A DNA stretch of 64,000 bases from Cognatishimia sp. (GCA_050633405.1 JBOEGL010000007.1:184892-248891); one strand, 5' to 3'; counted from the stretch's first letter, positions 44,952-54,892 are shown. The notes: generated by a model not told the origin, from the sequence alone. Made by a program: numbers and translations.

Positions 44952-45140
44952 ATGACCTCACAAGAAGCAAGACAAAAACTGAATCAAGCACTTGAACTGC
45001 TAAAATCCGTACAAGACGGGTTGGGCGGTCAAATCTGTGAATCAGAAAAGAGCGGCGTCCATGACGTTGAAGCGCGCAATATTACGGATCTGCACGACCG
45101 GGCGGCGCGGGCCATCAACGCCTATAACAAAGGAAGCTAA
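44952..45140 (+). CDS. 62-aa hypothetical helical protein
   Basis: Fills the gap between USP and the dehydrogenase with 12- and 3-nt spacers; amphipathic sequence. Confidence 0.65.
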   Translation: MTSQEARQKLNQALELLKSVQDGLGGQICESEKSGVHDVEARNITDLHDRAARAINAYNKGS

Positions 45141-45143
45141 ATC

Positions 45144-46118
45144 TTGAAGGTTCACATTCTTGACGATTGGTTTGATACGTTGCGGCAGTTGCCCTGTTTT
45201 GCGCGTTTGTCAGGCCATGATGTCACGGTGTGGACAGATCAGGTGACCGACGAAGCCGTTTTGGCACAACGTCTGCAAGAGGCTGAGTGCCTCGTGCTGT
45301 TTCGCGAACGTACCAAGATCACCCGCAGCCTGCTGCAACAATTGCCAAACCTGCGATTGATCAGCCAGCGCAGTGTCTACCCGCATGTGGATGTGCAGGC
45401 CTGTAGCGATCAAAATGTGTTGCTGTGTTCGAATATGCACGCTGGAACCCCATCGTTTGCAGCCGCTGAATTGACCTGGGCGCTGATCATGTCCGCAATG
45501 CGTGACCTGCCTGCACAAATGGCCTCGGCCAAATCCGGCCATTGGCAAATGGGGGTTGGCAAAACCCTGCGCGGTCGTCAGCTGGGCCTGTTTGGCTATG
45601 GCCGCATCGCCAAAGCTGTTGCCCAATATGCCAAGGCGTTTGGGATGAATACGGTTTGGTGGTCGTCAGAAGAAGGCCGCGCCCGGGCCGACGCCGATGG
45701 GCAAACGGTGGCAGAGAGCCGCAAAGCGTTTTTCAGCCAAAGCGACGTTGTCTCGTTGCATGTGCGGCTCAAACCGAGCACGCATGCGATCATCACCGCG
45801 CAAGATTTCGCTGCGATGAAACCGTCCTCGACCTTTATCAACACGTCGCGCGCCGGATTGATTGCACCGGGGGCCTTGCTATCCGCCTTGCAGGCTGGAC
45901 ACCCCGGCCAAGCTGCGATTGATGTCTTTGATACAGAGCCGATGACGGACCCCAATGACCCATTGTTGTCGCATCCCAAGCTGATTGCGACGCCCCACAT
46001 TGGGTTTGTGACCGAAGATGAATTTGAACTTCAGTTCTCTGATATCTTTGATCAGGTGAATGCCTATGCAGACAAAGCGCCCATTCACATGATCAATCCG
46101 ACGGTTTGGGCAGGCTAA
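45144..46118 (+). CDS. D-isomer-specific 2-hydroxyacid dehydrogenase
   Basis: LGLFGYGRIA, SLHVRL, INTSRAG, DVFDTEP, TPHIG; TTG start. Confidence 0.9.
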   Translation: MKVHILDDWFDTLRQLPCFARLSGHDVTVWTDQVTDEAVLAQRLQEAECLVLFRERTKITRSLLQQLPNLRLISQRSVYPHVDVQACSDQNVLLCSNMHAGTPSFAAAELTWALIMSAMRDLPAQMASAKSGHWQMGVGKTLRGRQLGLFGYGRIAKAVAQYAKAFGMNTVWWSSEEGRARADADGQTVAESRKAFFSQSDVVSLHVRLKPSTHAIITAQDFAAMKPSSTFINTSRAGLIAPGALLSALQAGHPGQAAIDVFDTEPMTDPNDPLLSHPKLIATPHIGFVTEDEFELQFSDIFDQVNAYADKAPIHMINPTVWAG

Positions 46119-47008
46119 ACCATTGTGCGGATCAGTTCCTTTAATGTGATCGCTGCCCTGGTTTCTGATTGACCCAGCCGGGTTACCAGACCAACGGACC
46201 GCGTGATCTTGAGATCGCTGATGGGGCGCATCACAATGCGCGGATCATCGGCCACAGAGTCCGGCAACAGGGCCACACCCACCCCCTGCGCGACCATATC
46301 CAGTGCCGTCGACGAACGACTGGCCTCAAAGGACCAAGGTATTTGCACCTGGGCTTTTGCCATCGCGTCATCAATCAACAGACGGTTTCCAGTGCCTTTG
46401 GCGGGTAAAATGAGCGGTTCAGCTCGAAGGTGCGCAAGAAGCACTTCACCGCCATTGGTCAGGTCATGGCCGCACGGTAGCGCCAGCGAAATGCGCTCTT
46501 GGAACAGCGGGTCAAATAAAACCGAAGGCTCTGAGGGTGGGGTGGGGCAAATGCCAAAATCGGCCAGGCCTTCGCTGACCGCTTCTGCCACTTCGTTGGC
46601 AGAGCCATCCAGCAATCGAACACGTGCCTGCGTGCCACTTGACTGAAACCGTGACAATGCTGGCAGAAAAATCCGTGTCAAAGTGGTTGGCACCAGCGCC
46701 ACCGTCACCACAGCGTTGCGTTGGTGGGCAAAGGCAACGCTGTCATCGCGCATGGATTGGGTGGTCTCCCAGGCGTCCGCCAAAATGGCTTCGGCGCGGC
46801 TTTGTAAGCGTTTTGCCGCTAATGTGGGCCGAACCTGACGGGTACTGCGCTCAAACAACACGGTGCCAAGCGCCTCTTCCAGTTTCTGAATACGGCGCGT
46901 GATGGCGGATTGTGACAGGTTGAGTTTGGCCGCAGCCAAATGAAACGACCCGGTGTCTTTCACCACCAAAAACGCCTGAAGGTCACCAAAGTCATAATTA
47001 ATGTGCAT
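46115..47008 (-). CDS. LysR family regulator (TcuR-like)
   Basis: GSFHLAAAKLNLSQSAITRRIQKLEEALG; divergent from tcuA. Confidence 0.92.
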   Translation of the reverse strand: MHINYDFGDLQAFLVVKDTGSFHLAAAKLNLSQSAITRRIQKLEEALGTVLFERSTRQVRPTLAAKRLQSRAEAILADAWETTQSMRDDSVAFAHQRNAVVTVALVPTTLTRIFLPALSRFQSSGTQARVRLLDGSANEVAEAVSEGLADFGICPTPPSEPSVLFDPLFQERISLALPCGHDLTNGGEVLLAHLRAEPLILPAKGTGNRLLIDDAMAKAQVQIPWSFEASRSSTALDMVAQGVGVALLPDSVADDPRIVMRPISDLKITRSVGLVTRLGQSETRAAITLKELIRTMV

Positions 47009-47015
47009 AGCGCAT
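47001..47015. promoter_or_regulatory. Candidate LysR T-N11-A box overlapping the regulator start
   Basis: ATGTGCATAGCGCAT (ATG-N9-CAT). Confidence 0.45.
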
Positions 47016-47086
47016 CAATATCACACAAACCTGCATTCGTCAAATTAACAGGCATTCTCTACACTGGTTTTATCGTGGAGAAGCAG

Positions 47087-48472
47087 ATGAAATCACAGTA
47101 TGACATAGCAGTTATTGGGGGCGGCAACGCAGGCTTATGCGCGGCGATCACCGCTGCAGAGGCCGGCGCAAAAGTAGTGATACTAGAGGCCGCGCCCAAA
47201 GCCTATCGTGGCGGCAATTCACGCCACACGCGCAATTTTCGCTGTATGCACGCGGGCCCTTTGGGGCCGCTGACCGGCAGCTATAGCCCGCAAGAATACT
47301 TTGAGGACCTGCTGAAAGTCACCGGCGGCAAAACAGATGAAACACTGGCACGGTTAGCCATTCAGCAATCCGAAGAGTGCTTGCCGTGGATGCAAGCCCA
47401 CGGTGTCAGGTTTCAACCTTCATTGTCTGGCACGTTGTCTTTGGCGCAAACCAACGCTTTCTTTCTTGGCGGCGGCAAAGCACTGGTGAATGCGTATTAT
47501 CGCACGGCTCTGTCTCTTGGCGTTGACGTGTTCTACGACACCAAAGTCACGCATCTACAGCAAAATGATGGCCATATCGACTGGGTCGATTTTGAACAAA
47601 ACGGCCATAAGAAACGTCTGACGCCAACGGCTGTCATTGTGGCTTCGGGTGGGTTTCAGGCCGACACAGACTGGCTTGCCCGCGCTTGGGGCCCCGCCGC
47701 CAAAAACTTTCTCATCCGTGGCACGCCCTATAACAAAGGGGTGGTTCTGGCCGATTTGCTAAAGCAAGATGTGACGCAGGTGGGGGACCCAACCCAATGC
47801 CACGCGGTTGCCATTGATGGGCGCGCGCCAAAATTTGATGGCGGTATTGTCACCCGTCTGGACTGTGTGCCGTTTTCCATCGTTGTGAACAACCTGGGTG
47901 ACCGTTTTTATGACGAAGGCGAAGACGTCTGGCCCAAACGCTATGCGATTTGGGGCCGCTTGGTGGCCGCGCAGCCTGATCAGGTGGGGTATGCGATCAT
48001 TGATTCAAAGTCTCTGGATCTGTTTATGCCCTCGGTCTTTCCGCCCATCAAGGCAGAGAGTTTGCCGGAACTGGCCAACAAAATGGGCCTGCCAGCAGAA
48101 CAGCTTTGCAAGACAGTAAAGCACTTCAATGCGGCCTGTGGTGACAGTGGTGGATTTCACCCAAACACATTGGACGGCGTGACAACCACAGGACTTGAAC
48201 CCGCCAAAACCAATTGGGCACGGCCGATCTCTGACCCCCCTTTTTATGGCTATAGCCTGCGCACCGGGGTGACCTTCACCTACCTGGGTTTGCAGGTAGA
48301 CAGCAAAGCGCAATGCGCCACCGCGCAGGGTCCCATTCGAAACCTTTGGGCTGCGGGTGAAACCATGGCCGGGTCCATTCTGGGGCAGGGCTATCTGGCA
48401 GGCTTTGGCATGACCATTGGCACTGTCTTTGGCCGCATCGCAGGTCAGGAGGCCGCAAACTATGCAAACTGA
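47087..48472 (+). CDS. tcuA: FAD-dependent tricarballylate dehydrogenase
   Basis: IGGGNAGLCAA, RGGNSRHTRNFRCMH, TNAFFLGGGKAL, HAVAIDGRAPKFDGGIVTRLD. Confidence 0.92.
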   Translation: MKSQYDIAVIGGGNAGLCAAITAAEAGAKVVILEAAPKAYRGGNSRHTRNFRCMHAGPLGPLTGSYSPQEYFEDLLKVTGGKTDETLARLAIQQSEECLPWMQAHGVRFQPSLSGTLSLAQTNAFFLGGGKALVNAYYRTALSLGVDVFYDTKVTHLQQNDGHIDWVDFEQNGHKKRLTPTAVIVASGGFQADTDWLARAWGPAAKNFLIRGTPYNKGVVLADLLKQDVTQVGDPTQCHAVAIDGRAPKFDGGIVTRLDCVPFSIVVNNLGDRFYDEGEDVWPKRYAIWGRLVAAQPDQVGYAIIDSKSLDLFMPSVFPPIKAESLPELANKMGLPAEQLCKTVKHFNAACGDSGGFHPNTLDGVTTTGLEPAKTNWARPISDPPFYGYSLRTGVTFTYLGLQVDSKAQCATAQGPIRNLWAAGETMAGSILGQGYLAGFGMTIGTVFGRIAGQEAANYAN

Positions 48473-49526
48473 ACATTTGAAGGAAGCCCACAGACAAGTC
48501 GAAATCTGCAACGCCTGCCGCTATTGCGAGGGGTTTTGCGCGGTCTTCCCAGCCATGCATGCGGAACGCGCCTTTTCTGACGGGGATATCACCCAGTTTG
48601 CAAATCTTTGCCACAACTGCCGAGGCTGCTATTACGCCTGTCAGTACACTGCGCCGCATGAATTTGATTTGAATTTGCCGGCCGCCTTGGCCGAAGTGCG
48701 CCGTGAAAGTTGGGAAAACTATGTTTGGCCACAGGTGCTGGCGCGTGGTTTTCAGACCAACGGCTTAAAAATTTGCGCAGCCGTTGCGGCCTGTCTTATC
48801 TTTTTGATCTTGTTTGTGACATTTGTGGCCGGAGAGGGCGATGGATTTTATGCCCATCTGTCTCACAATGCGATGATTGCCTTGTTTATCCCAGCATTCC
48901 TGCTGCCGCTTTTGGGGCTGGGCATGGGGGTGCATCGGTATTGGAAAGATATTGGCGGCACGCGCATCAAATGGGCGCATATCAAGCAGGCCTTTGCCAA
49001 TGTCGCGGCAATGAAAAACCTGTCTGGCGGGCATGGTGACGGCTGTAACTTTGAAGAACAAGACCGCTTCAGTCATCAACGACGTTATGCGCATCACGCC
49101 ATCATGTATGGGTTTCTTTTGTGTTTTGCCGCCACCAGCGCGGGCACCGTTATGCATTATCTGCTGGACCTTCCTGCACCCTATGCTGGGGTGTCTGTGC
49201 CCAAATTGTTCGGCGTGCCGGGGGGCATTCTGCTGACGATAGGATGCGGCTGGATGATGTCGCTCAAATTGCGCTCTGAAAAGGCGCTGGGGGACGTCAA
49301 GGCCTGGGGCGCAGAGATTGGCTTTACGGCGCTGCTGGGCAGCGTGGCCTTTACCGGGCTGTTGCTGTGGATATGGGGAGCGGCCAGAGGGGCAGAAACC
49401 CTATTGGCCATTCATCTGGGGTTTGTTCTGGCGTTTTTCCTGCTGTTACCTTTCACCAAAATGGCACATGGGATCTTTCGCTTGGCGGCTTTGATCTTTG
49501 ACGCACAAAGGCAGCTTAAAGCGTAA
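48462..49526 (+). CDS. tcuB: Tricarballylate utilization 4Fe-4S membrane protein
   Basis: CNACRYCEGFCAVFP, CHNCRGCYYACQY, PFTKMAH. Confidence 0.92.
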   Translation: MQTEHLKEAHRQVEICNACRYCEGFCAVFPAMHAERAFSDGDITQFANLCHNCRGCYYACQYTAPHEFDLNLPAALAEVRRESWENYVWPQVLARGFQTNGLKICAAVAACLIFLILFVTFVAGEGDGFYAHLSHNAMIALFIPAFLLPLLGLGMGVHRYWKDIGGTRIKWAHIKQAFANVAAMKNLSGGHGDGCNFEEQDRFSHQRRYAHHAIMYGFLLCFAATSAGTVMHYLLDLPAPYAGVSVPKLFGVPGGILLTIGCGWMMSLKLRSEKALGDVKAWGAEIGFTALLGSVAFTGLLLWIWGAARGAETLLAIHLGFVLAFFLLLPFTKMAHGIFRLAALIFDAQRQLKA

Positions 49527-49579
49527 ACCAACCTTTAGCTTTGCATTCAAATCCTCTGACAAGCTTGCTAAGCTGGGGT

Positions 49580-50134
49580 ATGACTGGTGAGCTCTCAAAG
49601 TATTTTCCGCTGCGCAAAGGCCGCACCCACGAAGCCTTTGGGGCCAATGCCAAAAGCATGGCCTTTGCTTTGGCCGGGCAATTGCGTGGCCCGGTGCTGT
49701 GGATCAGAGAGGCCTGGTTGACCGATCAGATCAACCCGGCGGGCTTTGCAGACTATGTGGACCCTGCGCAAGTTTTGGTTGTGAAGGGCAAAGAGCAAAG
49801 CGATGTTCTGGCCGCCGCCGAAGAATCCCTGCGCTCCGGCGCGGTGGTTTTGACCGTGATCGAACTCAGCAAGCCGATTGGTTTGACCGCCGGGCGGCGT
49901 TTGCAGCTGGCGGCAGAGGTGGGCAAGTCCACTGGACTGTGTCTGATTGCCGATGGCATGGGCAGCAATGCTGCGGAAACCCGCTGGCAATGTGAACCGC
50001 TTTTTGATCAGAGCGACTCGACTCTGCAGCGCTGGCAGCTTAAAAAGAACAAATCAGGAACATTGACAGGTTGGGATGTCCGTTGGGATGCCAAGACGCA
50101 TCGTATCATTGTGGTTTCCAAGGCTGGCGAGTGA
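49580..50134 (+). CDS. imuA: ImuA (SulA/RecA-like) mutagenesis protein
   Basis: ALAGQLRGPVLW, EESLRSGAV, RRLQLAAE.G, AAETRW; first gene of the cassette. Confidence 0.85.
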   Translation: MTGELSKYFPLRKGRTHEAFGANAKSMAFALAGQLRGPVLWIREAWLTDQINPAGFADYVDPAQVLVVKGKEQSDVLAAAEESLRSGAVVLTVIELSKPIGLTAGRRLQLAAEVGKSTGLCLIADGMGSNAAETRWQCEPLFDQSDSTLQRWQLKKNKSGTLTGWDVRWDAKTHRIIVVSKAGE

Positions 50135-51554
50135 TCGCTTTCTTCGGGTGCGCCCGATGGATGGCCCCTTTGTACTGACTCACCGGCACAGCAATGCAGA
50201 CCGGGTGTATTGCTTGAACGACGCCGCGCTGAAACAGGGGTTGCAGGCGGGCATGGGCTATGCGGATGCCCGCAGCTTTTGCCCTGATTTGCAAAGCGCT
50301 CCAGCCGATCTTGCGGCGGATCAGCACTTTCTGAAAACTCTGGCGCGCTGGGCAAAACGCTATTGTCCCTGGGTGGGGTTAGATGCGCCAGATGGGCTGG
50401 TGCTGGACGTCACCGGGGCCACCCATTTGTTTGGTGGCGAAGAATCCCTGTTGCAAGACATGCACCTGCGTCTGGCCCGTGCCGGGCTGACGGCCCGCAC
50501 CGGGCTGGCCGATACCCGTGGTGCGGCTTGGGCGCTGGCGCATTATGGGCGGGGTATTGCCGCCGCAGGGCATCCGCTACAGGCCATCGGCGCATTGCCC
50601 GTGGCGGCCCTGCGCTTGCCGGAAAAACCCATTGTCGCCCTGCAACGCTTGGGCCTTCGAACCATCGCAGACCTCATCGCAGTGCCCCGCGCCACGCTCA
50701 CCAGACGGTTTGATGCAGATGTGATGCTGCGGCTGGATCAGGCGCTGGGCAAAGTGCCCGAAAGCATCTCGCCGCTGCCGGATCCGCCACGCTATCAAAT
50801 GCGCCTCAGCCTGCCAGAGCCGATTGGGATGGCCGCTGATGTGATGGCGGGCACCGAACGGCTGCTGGTGCAATTATGTGACCGTCTGAAAGCCCATGAG
50901 AAGGGCGCAAGATTGCTAAGCCTGACCCTGCGGCGCGTGGATCAGGCCAGCCAGGTTGTCGAGTTGCGACTGGCGCGGCCCATGCGCAACCCGGCGCGTA
51001 TTCTGCCGCTGTTTGAGCGCGGCATCGCGGCGGCGGATGCGGGATTTGGCATTGATCAGCTGCGGCTGGCTGCCCTGCAGGTCGAACCCCTAGAGGTGCG
51101 GCAAACCACCCATCAGCAAGGGGCCCCAAATGACAAATTGGATGATCTGATCACCCGGATTGGCAACCGTATTGGTCTGGAAAATATCCAGCGATTTTTG
51201 CCGGCAGACAGCCATATCCCGGAACGCAGCTTTCTGATTGCCCCGGCGGCCTGGTCAGACCCTGCCAAATTTGCACCGCCGCAGCGCCAAAGACCGCTGC
51301 AGCTTTTCCCGCCAGAGCCGATCTATGGCCAGGGGGCGCGTCCGCCCAGACAGTTTCGCTGGCGACGTATGGCGCTGACCGCCGGGCGGGTCACCGGCCC
51401 GGAACGCATTGCGCCGGAATGGTGGCTGTCTGACGACAATTGGCGCTCTGGCCTGCGTGACTATTGGAAGGTAGACACCAAACAGGGGCGGCGGCTGTGG
51501 CTGTTTTACACGCCGCAGAAACCCGGCTGGTTTGTGCAGGGGGAATTTGCATGA
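50088..51554 (+). CDS. imuB: ImuB, inactive Y-family polymerase-like protein
   Basis: SLWFPRL (no DxDxF catalytic motif), GMGYADARSFCP, GPERIAPEWW, RDYW. Confidence 0.9.
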   Translation: MPRRIVSLWFPRLASDRFLRVRPMDGPFVLTHRHSNADRVYCLNDAALKQGLQAGMGYADARSFCPDLQSAPADLAADQHFLKTLARWAKRYCPWVGLDAPDGLVLDVTGATHLFGGEESLLQDMHLRLARAGLTARTGLADTRGAAWALAHYGRGIAAAGHPLQAIGALPVAALRLPEKPIVALQRLGLRTIADLIAVPRATLTRRFDADVMLRLDQALGKVPESISPLPDPPRYQMRLSLPEPIGMAADVMAGTERLLVQLCDRLKAHEKGARLLSLTLRRVDQASQVVELRLARPMRNPARILPLFERGIAAADAGFGIDQLRLAALQVEPLEVRQTTHQQGAPNDKLDDLITRIGNRIGLENIQRFLPADSHIPERSFLIAPAAWSDPAKFAPPQRQRPLQLFPPEPIYGQGARPPRQFRWRRMALTAGRVTGPERIAPEWWLSDDNWRSGLRDYWKVDTKQGRRLWLFYTPQKPGWFVQGEFA

Positions 51555-54500
51555 CCCATGATCCTGCGCTTGTCAGCCCCACGGCGGGCTATGCCGAACT
51601 CTGTGTGACCAGCAATTTCACCTTTCTGACCGGGGCCTCTCATCCCGAAGAGCTGGTGACCCGTGCCGCCGAACTAAACCTTGAAGCCATCGCCATCACC
51701 GACCGCAACTCGCTGGCTGGGGTGGTGCGGGCCTATTCGGCGCTGAAGATCCTGAAAGACGAGGCTGCAGAAGACATCCGTATTCGCTCGCAACACCGCA
51801 TCGACAGTTGTTCCCGTCAAGAAGTTGGCCACCCAGAACCGATCTCTCAGCCAGAGATGATAAAGCTGCCCAAGCTGATTGTGGGCTGTCGCCTTTGTCT
51901 GACCGACAGCGCTGTAGACTGGGTGGCCTTGCCCTGTGACCGTGCTGCCTATGCCCGGCTGACCCGGCTTTTGACATTGGGCAAACGCCGCGCCCCCAAA
52001 GGCGCGTGCTATTTGCAGCATGCAGACCTGCTGGATGGCTGTCAGGGCATGATTTTGATCGCCTTGCCCGGCGATCATCTGCGGGCAGGGGCTTTGCATA
52101 TCCAGGCGTTGCAACGCCGCTACCCGGGCTTTGTCTTTGTTGGGGCCGTGCCGCGCTATGATGGCAGCGATCAGGCCTATTTTGATGCCTGCGCCTATCT
52201 GGCCCGCAGAACAGCCGCCCCCATGGTGGCCGCCGGGGATGTCTTGATGCACCGTGGCAGCCGCCGCCAATTGGCTGATGTGCTGACCTGCATGCGCGAC
52301 CATATCACCATCGATGACATCGGCACCCGCGCCTTGCCCAATGCCGAGCGCCGTCTCAAACCCTATGCGGATATGGCGCGGCTGTACCGCAATCACCCGG
52401 CTGCCATACGGCGCAGTATGGATATTGCCGCCCGTTGCAGCTTTTGCCTCAGCGAGCTGTCTTATGAATACCCAGATGAAATAACGGGGGGCGAGACACC
52501 GCAGGCGCGGCTGACACGATTGGCCCACGAAGGCCTGAAGCGGCGCTACCCAAAAGGCCCAACAGAAAAAGCCATTGCGCAGGTCAAAAAGGAATTGATC
52601 CTTGTCGAAAAGCTCAAGTTTCCGGCCTATTTTCTGACCGTGCATGACATTGTGCAATTTGCCCGCTCTCAGGGCATTTTGTGTCAGGGACGTGGCTCTG
52701 CGGCCAACTCTATCCTGTGTTATTTGCTGGGCATCACCGATGTCAGTCCCGAAATCATCGCCATGGTGGTGGAACGCTTTGTGTCAGAACATCGCGGTGA
52801 ACCCCCTGATATCGACGTTGATTTTGAACACGAACGCCGCGAAGAGGTCATCCAACATATATATGAAAAATATGGCCGCCATCGCGCCGGGCTCTGCGCC
52901 ACGGTGATCCATTTTCGTTCGCGCGCGGCCATTCGCGAAGTCGGCAAGGTCATGGGGCTCAGCCAAGATGTCACCGCCAGCTTATCGGGGCAAATCTGGG
53001 GGCAGTCCAACGGCGGCGCAGATCTGGACCGGGTGCGCGAGTTGGGGCTTGATCCCACAGAACGGCGTTTGGGCCAGACCCTCCAGTTGATCGGCGAGAT
53101 TATCGGCTTTCCGCGGCATTTGTCGCAACACGTGGGCGGCTTTGTCATCACCAAGGGCCGCTTGGACGAATTATGCCCCATTGAAAACGCCGCCATGGAG
53201 GATCGCACCATCATCGAATGGGACAAAGACGACATTGATGCACTCAACATCCTCAAGGTCGATGTCTTGGGGCTGGGCATGCTCAGCTGCATTCGCAAGT
53301 CGTTTGATCTGCTCAAGCAGCACGATCACAAGACCCTGTCGATCGCCACGGTGCCACAAGAGGACAAAGCCACCTATGACATGCTGTGTGTGGCCGATGC
53401 CATTGGGGTGTTTCAGGTGGAAAGCCGGGCGCAGATGAACTTTCTGCCGCGCATGAAACCACGTGAATTCTATGATCTGGTGATCGAAGTGGCCATCGTG
53501 CGGCCAGGCCCCATTCAGGGCGGTATGGTGCAACCCTATATCAAACGTCGACAAGGGCTGGAACAGGCAGAACCCTTTGGCTCTGCTTTGGAAGAGGTCA
53601 CCAAAAAGACTCTGGGCGTGCCACTGTTTCAGGAACAGGCCATGCAGATTGCAGTGGTCGGGGCAGGGTTCACCCCTGAAGAGGCCGATCATCTGCGCCG
53701 CTCTCTGGCCTCGTTTCGCCGCATGGGCACCATCGGTACTTTCAAAGAGAAATTCATCACCGGCATGCTTAAAAACGGCTATGACACCGAAGTGGCAGAG
53801 CGGTGTTTCAGCCAGATCGAAGGCTTTGCCGATTACGGTTTCCCCGAAAGCCATGCCGCCGCCTTTGCCATGCTGGCCTATGTCTCTGCCTGGCTGAAGC
53901 GCCATCACCCGGCTGTTTTCGCCTGTGCGCTGCTCAATTCCCAACCCATGGGGTTTTATGCCCCAGCCCAGATCGTGCGCGATGTGCGTGAACATCAGGT
54001 CGAAGTGCGACCGATCTGTGTGAATAACAGCACTTGGGATAATACGCTGGAACGGCGCACAGACGGGGCCTTGGCCCTGCGTCTGGGCTTTCGCCAGATC
54101 AAAGGCTTCAAAGAAGAAGACGCTGGCTGGATTGTGGCGGCCCGGGGCAATGGCTACCCTGATCCCGAAGGCCTGTGGCTGCGCGCTGGCCTGTCTCCGC
54201 CAACCCTTGAACGCCTGGCCGAAGCCGACGCCTTTAACACCATGGGGCTGACGCGGCGTGATGCGCTCTGGCAGGTCAAGGCGATCCGCAGCCAACAGCC
54301 CCTGCCGTTGTTTAATGACCCGATTGACGGCGAAAGCATTCAGGAACCCACGGTGGATTTGCCGCAAATGAACCTGGGCGAAGAGGTGGTCGAAGATTAC
54401 GTCGCCATGCGCCTGACCCTGCGGGCGCATCCGATGGAATTGTTACGCCCCGCCATGCCGGGGCTCACCCCCCATGCTGATCTTGCCGCCGCGCCTTTGG

Positions 54501-54892
54501 CGCGCACCATTGTCTGTGGTCTGGTTATCACCCGCCAACGCCCCGGCACCGCCTCGGGCGTGGTGTTTCTGACGCTCGAGGACGAAACCGGCGTGTCCAA
54601 TGTGGTGGTCTGGCCCAAGGTCTATGAGAAATTCCGGCGGGTGGTGATGGGCGGCCGCTTGCTGCGCGTCACCGGCTATCTGCAACGCGAAGGCATTGTT
54701 GTGCATCTGATTGCCCAGAATATCGAAGATATGTCGCACCGCCTGGCCAGCCTTGGGCACCCAATGGACGAAGTGATTGGCGAAACCTTACCACAGGCCG
54801 ATGACACACCGCGCCCACGCAAACCCGCCCCCAGCGCAAGGCACCCGCGTGAACAGGCCAAACGGCTCTTTCCCAGCCGCGATTTCCACTAG
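51551..54892 (+). CDS. dnaE2: Error-prone DNA polymerase DnaE2 (ImuC)
   Basis: PHP domain, GRGSAANS, PDIDVDFEHERREE, YGFPESHA, C-terminal SRDFH. Confidence 0.96.
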   Translation: MTHDPALVSPTAGYAELCVTSNFTFLTGASHPEELVTRAAELNLEAIAITDRNSLAGVVRAYSALKILKDEAAEDIRIRSQHRIDSCSRQEVGHPEPISQPEMIKLPKLIVGCRLCLTDSAVDWVALPCDRAAYARLTRLLTLGKRRAPKGACYLQHADLLDGCQGMILIALPGDHLRAGALHIQALQRRYPGFVFVGAVPRYDGSDQAYFDACAYLARRTAAPMVAAGDVLMHRGSRRQLADVLTCMRDHITIDDIGTRALPNAERRLKPYADMARLYRNHPAAIRRSMDIAARCSFCLSELSYEYPDEITGGETPQARLTRLAHEGLKRRYPKGPTEKAIAQVKKELILVEKLKFPAYFLTVHDIVQFARSQGILCQGRGSAANSILCYLLGITDVSPEIIAMVVERFVSEHRGEPPDIDVDFEHERREEVIQHIYEKYGRHRAGLCATVIHFRSRAAIREVGKVMGLSQDVTASLSGQIWGQSNGGADLDRVRELGLDPTERRLGQTLQLIGEIIGFPRHLSQHVGGFVITKGRLDELCPIENAAMEDRTIIEWDKDDIDALNILKVDVLGLGMLSCIRKSFDLLKQHDHKTLSIATVPQEDKATYDMLCVADAIGVFQVESRAQMNFLPRMKPREFYDLVIEVAIVRPGPIQGGMVQPYIKRRQGLEQAEPFGSALEEVTKKTLGVPLFQEQAMQIAVVGAGFTPEEADHLRRSLASFRRMGTIGTFKEKFITGMLKNGYDTEVAERCFSQIEGFADYGFPESHAAAFAMLAYVSAWLKRHHPAVFACALLNSQPMGFYAPAQIVRDVREHQVEVRPICVNNSTWDNTLERRTDGALALRLGFRQIKGFKEEDAGWIVAARGNGYPDPEGLWLRAGLSPPTLERLAEADAFNTMGLTRRDALWQVKAIRSQQPLPLFNDPIDGESIQEPTVDLPQMNLGEEVVEDYVAMRLTLRAHPMELLRPAMPGLTPHADLAAAPLARTIVCGLVITRQRPGTASGVVFLTLEDETGVSNVVVWPKVYEKFRRVVMGGRLLRVTGYLQREGIVVHLIAQNIEDMSHRLASLGHPMDEVIGETLPQADDTPRPRKPAPSARHPREQAKRLFPSRDFH

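Noticed and set aside
49425-49439. GTTC-N7-TTTC inside tcuB as the imuA LexA box
   Set aside because: It has one mismatch, lies in coding sequence ~140 nt upstream of imuA, and is easily explained by Val/Leu/Phe codons.
50070-50090. GTTGGGATG tandem repeat at the imuA/imuB overlap
   Set aside because: Only two 9-nt units in doubly coding sequence; this most likely just offers alternative imuB starts.
51740-51880. Extra segment in the DnaE2 PHP domain as an intein
   Set aside because: It is only ~40 aa and lacks intein block A (C/S start) and the terminal HN-C/S/T signature; it reads as a loop insertion.
51674-54430. Long antisense ORFs (51674-52657, 53171-54430), and likewise 59676-60734 and 61272-62171
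   Set aside because: They are shadow frames opposite well-conserved genes (dnaE2, sat, trxB) in GC-rich coding DNA, with no recognisable motifs or RBS.
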